A stretch of DNA of 10,095 nt from Bacteriovoracaceae bacterium. Lineage in GTDB: Bacteria > Bdellovibrionota > Bacteriovoracia > Bacteriovoracales > Bacteriovoracaceae. This document shows, piece by piece, positions 7,887 through 10,095 of this stretch. The stretch's first letter is position 1, and every line of letters starts with the position of its first letter. The stretch covers positions 1 to 10,095 of the forward strand of contig JBFGZE010000102.1 of the NCBI GenBank assembly GCA_041586955.1. Reading direction: 5' to 3'. The notes under the pieces are model-generated. The model worked only from the letters and a program-made list of their open reading frames with translations, was not told the origin of the DNA and searched no databases. Both the position numbers and the translations under genes were made by a program.

Positions 7887-8358
7887 TGTTGAGTGAATCA
7901 TTTTTAGTTAAAAGTACTTTTGGTAGAGAGGTGATCGTTTTTTTACCAATCTCTAATTTTGCAACGGTTATGCCTTTTTGATTTTTAATGCTTCTTCTGG
8001 GTAATAGGGCATAACATTGTTAACGATTACCATCAATTGGTAAATACCAAAAGACAATTATAAATGATTGAACAGAGTGACTTGGTACCAATTTTAAGAG
8101 ACCAAGTCATCCATTTATTGGTTTTATAGAAGGCCTTCCATCGCTACTTGAGAGGTCAAAGTGTTGGCCTCAATTCGGTATGTTTATTCATGGGTAGACA
8201 GAACATTTTTTCAGTTTTTGGTTTGTCGCTCATTTCCTTAAAAACGAGGCAGTTTTTAAGATACGCTGGCGCATCTTCACTCTCTATCTATACGATAATA
8301 CTTGATTTTTCTTTAGTGGTGATAATTATGGGACAATAGTTTTTAAGGATATATTGAC

Positions 8359-8385
8359 TAAAATTCTTTTGCAACTATCCGAAAA
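8359..8385 (+). promoter_or_regulatory. Sigma28 (FliA)-like promoter upstream of the LamG lipoprotein
   Basis: TAAA (8359-8362), exactly 15 nt, TCCGAAAA (8378-8385), versus the consensus TAAA-N15-GCCGATAA. Ends 45 nt before the ATG at 8431. Confidence 0.55.
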
Positions 8386-8430
8386 GACATTAAAAGGCCC
8401 AAAGGCTTTTAGAATAATAATTGGGGCAGA

Positions 8431-10095
8431 ATGGATTTTGTAAAAAAATTGTTCATTTTCTGTTTTACTTTAAGCTTTCTATTGGGATGCAATGGACAGA
8501 TACTTGAAGATCTAGATGATTCAGCATCTGCTGGAAACTTTTGTCCCAACAGCAGGCTTGCTAATGGATTATGTCCCTCCATTGCGGCTTCAATGTTTGA
8601 CCATACATGGTCTTTTAATTCCTCGAGCAATTACGTTTATGACACTAATTATGTCGAAATTTCTTCGGGGAGTGCCTCGCTTAAGACTGTCGATACAGCT
8701 CACTCGGGATCAGACTTTAATAATGGGCTCCATGTGGGGACACAAGTAACTGGCCCTAAGGTTACATTAAGAGACAAACCGACTTCTACAGAAACTCATG
8801 TGAGCACAATTCTTCCAAGCAAGTCAGGAAACCTTGTGGGTTATTGGCAGATGGACGGGGATTGGAGTGACTCGTCAGGAAGTGGTAATGATGGGATTGC
8901 TAGTGGAGATGCAACGTTTTCTAGTGATTCAAAAATCGGAAGTCAAGACGGCCGCTTTGATGGCTCAGGTGACTTTATAACGATTGCAAATAATACAAGC
9001 TTAAATCCCAATTATGTCACAATATCTTCATGGGTAAAGCTTAATTCCTATGGGAATAGACCTCATATCCTTGGAAAGGGGGCAGGGGGTATTGGTTCAT
9101 ATTATATTGTTGTTGAAACGTCTGGTCTCTTAAGGTTTTTTTATGACACTGGTTCGGGCTGGGCATATTTAGAAGTGTCAAACGAACCTTTTATAACGGG
9201 TGAGTGGGTTCACGTCGTTACTATCTATAGTAGTTCTAGGATAGCGATCTATTTTAATGGAAGAAAAGTAAGAGAAGATGTTCAGGCGAATCCGCCATTA
9301 AGAATATCTACTGAAAATTTAAAGCTCGGCGACAACCCTAATTCAACTTCCCAAATTGATGGAGATTTAGACGATATCGCTATTTGGAATACAGGTCTAA
9401 CTGATAATGAAGTATTAAGTTTATATGAGACCCAAAACGCTAATTATAGTGAGCTTTCTTCTTCTTGGACTCCTCAATATTCCAACATTATTGGATATTG
9501 GAAAATGGATGGTAATTGGAAGGACTCTTCTGGGAATGGCAATGATGGAGCCCCTAACGCTGATGCGACATTTAGTTACAATTCGAAGGTTGGTGGCCAA
9601 TCCGGTAGTTTTGATGGTGCTGGTGGCGACAATTTACAAATAGATGGAAACGTTGGGGTCAATGGCTTTACTGAGCAAACGACTATTTCAGCGTGGGTTT
9701 TTCCTATTAATTTATCGTCTTGGGGGTCGGACGGAGTCATTATATATGATGGTAATTCAGATAGAACATGGATTACAATCGACAAGGCCGTCGGATCTGA
9801 GATTCGAGTTTATCTTGGAGGCACAACATCTCCTGGTTATCACAATATTTCTTATCCTATAAAGTCCGATATGTGGAACCATATCACTTTTACGTACGAT
9901 GAAAATTTAGGCGGAAAAATTTATGTTAACGGTGAATTTGTTTCTCCAATTAATACTACAGGTCCATTACGTAATTCCTCGCCGGGGCAATCGATAATAA
10001 TAGGAGCTGGTCATGATGGTGTCTCACGACACTTTCAGGGGAATATTGATGAATTAACAAAATGGAATATTGCTTTATCGCCATACCAAATAAAA
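8431..10095 (+). CDS. Lipoprotein with tandem LamG-like jellyroll (concanavalin A-like lectin/glucanase, Laminin_G_3 type) domains; 3'-partial, >=555 aa
   Basis: Not in the ORF track because there is no stop in the window. Translated by hand, frame +1 is open from 8431 to 10095: MDFVKKLFIFCFTLSFLLG-C (lipobox Cys at 8488), then LVGYWQMDGDWSDSSGSGNDG...FDGSGD...TISSWVK...GEWVHVVTIY...IYFNG...LKLG...DGDLDDIAIWNTGLTDNEVLSLY, followed by a second copy. GGGG SD-like at 8423-8426. Confidence 0.93.
   Translation, partial: MDFVKKLFIFCFTLSFLLGCNGQILEDLDDSASAGNFCPNSRLANGLCPSIAASMFDHTWSFNSSSNYVYDTNYVEISSGSASLKTVDTAHSGSDFNNGLHVGTQVTGPKVTLRDKPTSTETHVSTILPSKSGNLVGYWQMDGDWSDSSGSGNDGIASGDATFSSDSKIGSQDGRFDGSGDFITIANNTSLNPNYVTISSWVKLNSYGNRPHILGKGAGGIGSYYIVVETSGLLRFFYDTGSGWAYLEVSNEPFITGEWVHVVTIYSSSRIAIYFNGRKVREDVQANPPLRISTENLKLGDNPNSTSQIDGDLDDIAIWNTGLTDNEVLSLYETQNANYSELSSSWTPQYSNIIGYWKMDGNWKDSSGNGNDGAPNADATFSYNSKVGGQSGSFDGAGGDNLQIDGNVGVNGFTEQTTISAWVFPINLSSWGSDGVIIYDGNSDRTWITIDKAVGSEIRVYLGGTTSPGYHNISYPIKSDMWNHITFTYDENLGGKIYVNGEFVSPINTTGPLRNSSPGQSIIIGAGHDGVSRHFQGNIDELTKWNIALSPYQIK
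8830..10095 (+). repeat. Two diverged protein-level LamG domain repeats (~8830-9429 and ~9484->10095), period 654 nt / 218 aa
   Basis: NLVGYWQMDGDWSDSSGSGNDG..DATFS vs NIIGYWKMDGNWKDSSGNGNDG..DATFS; TISSWV vs TISAWV; WVHVVTIY vs WNHITFTY; IYFNG vs IYVNG; GDLDDIAIWN vs GNIDELTKWN. The GYW codons start at 8839 and 9493. Confidence 0.9.

Noticed and set aside
8098..8146. Minus-strand GCGATGGAAG...GATGACTT resembling a fluoride (crcB) riboswitch
   Set aside because: The required P1 and pseudoknot pairings are absent, and the downstream gene is not fluoride-related.
8148..8339. 63-aa TTG-start ORF (+), and a 25-aa minus-strand ORF at 8156-8233 (MSDKPKTEKMF...)
   Set aside because: No properly spaced SD or recognisable similarity; cannot be supported, though a small peptide is not excluded.
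8409..9862. Short ORFs 8409-8630, 8516-8749, 9425-9643, 9576-9785, 9644-9862
   Set aside because: Alternative-frame shadows of the continuous LamG reading frame starting at 8431.
8830..10095. LamG repeats as a DGR template/variable pair or a CRISPR-like array
   Set aside because: Similarity is protein-level and diverged at all base types; there is no reverse transcriptase, cas gene or repeat-spacer pattern in the window.

Overview
AT-rich bacterial DNA (roughly 38% GC by eye) with five protein-coding genes in alternating orientation. (1) A giant uncharacterised, probably exported protein (>1527 aa, frame open at the left edge) with a 52-residue uncharged Gly-rich segment. (2) A convergent 321-aa secreted hypothetical protein; the two genes share a bidirectional intrinsic terminator. 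(3) A secreted DNase I-like EEP-family nuclease/phosphatase with large insertions and a possibly leaderless sigma70 transcript. (4) A stand-alone GatB/YqeY protein. (5) A tandem-LamG lipoprotein absent from the ORF track (8431 to the right edge), preceded by a sigma28/FliA-like promoter. GGCC/AGGCCT is strongly over-represented. The gene content suggests a predatory Bdellovibrionota (Bacteriovoracales-like) host, but this is inference only. No rRNA, tRNA, CRISPR or mobile element was seen. The best candidate for something undescribed is the giant membrane-inserting, toxin/translocator-like protein and its exported neighbours.
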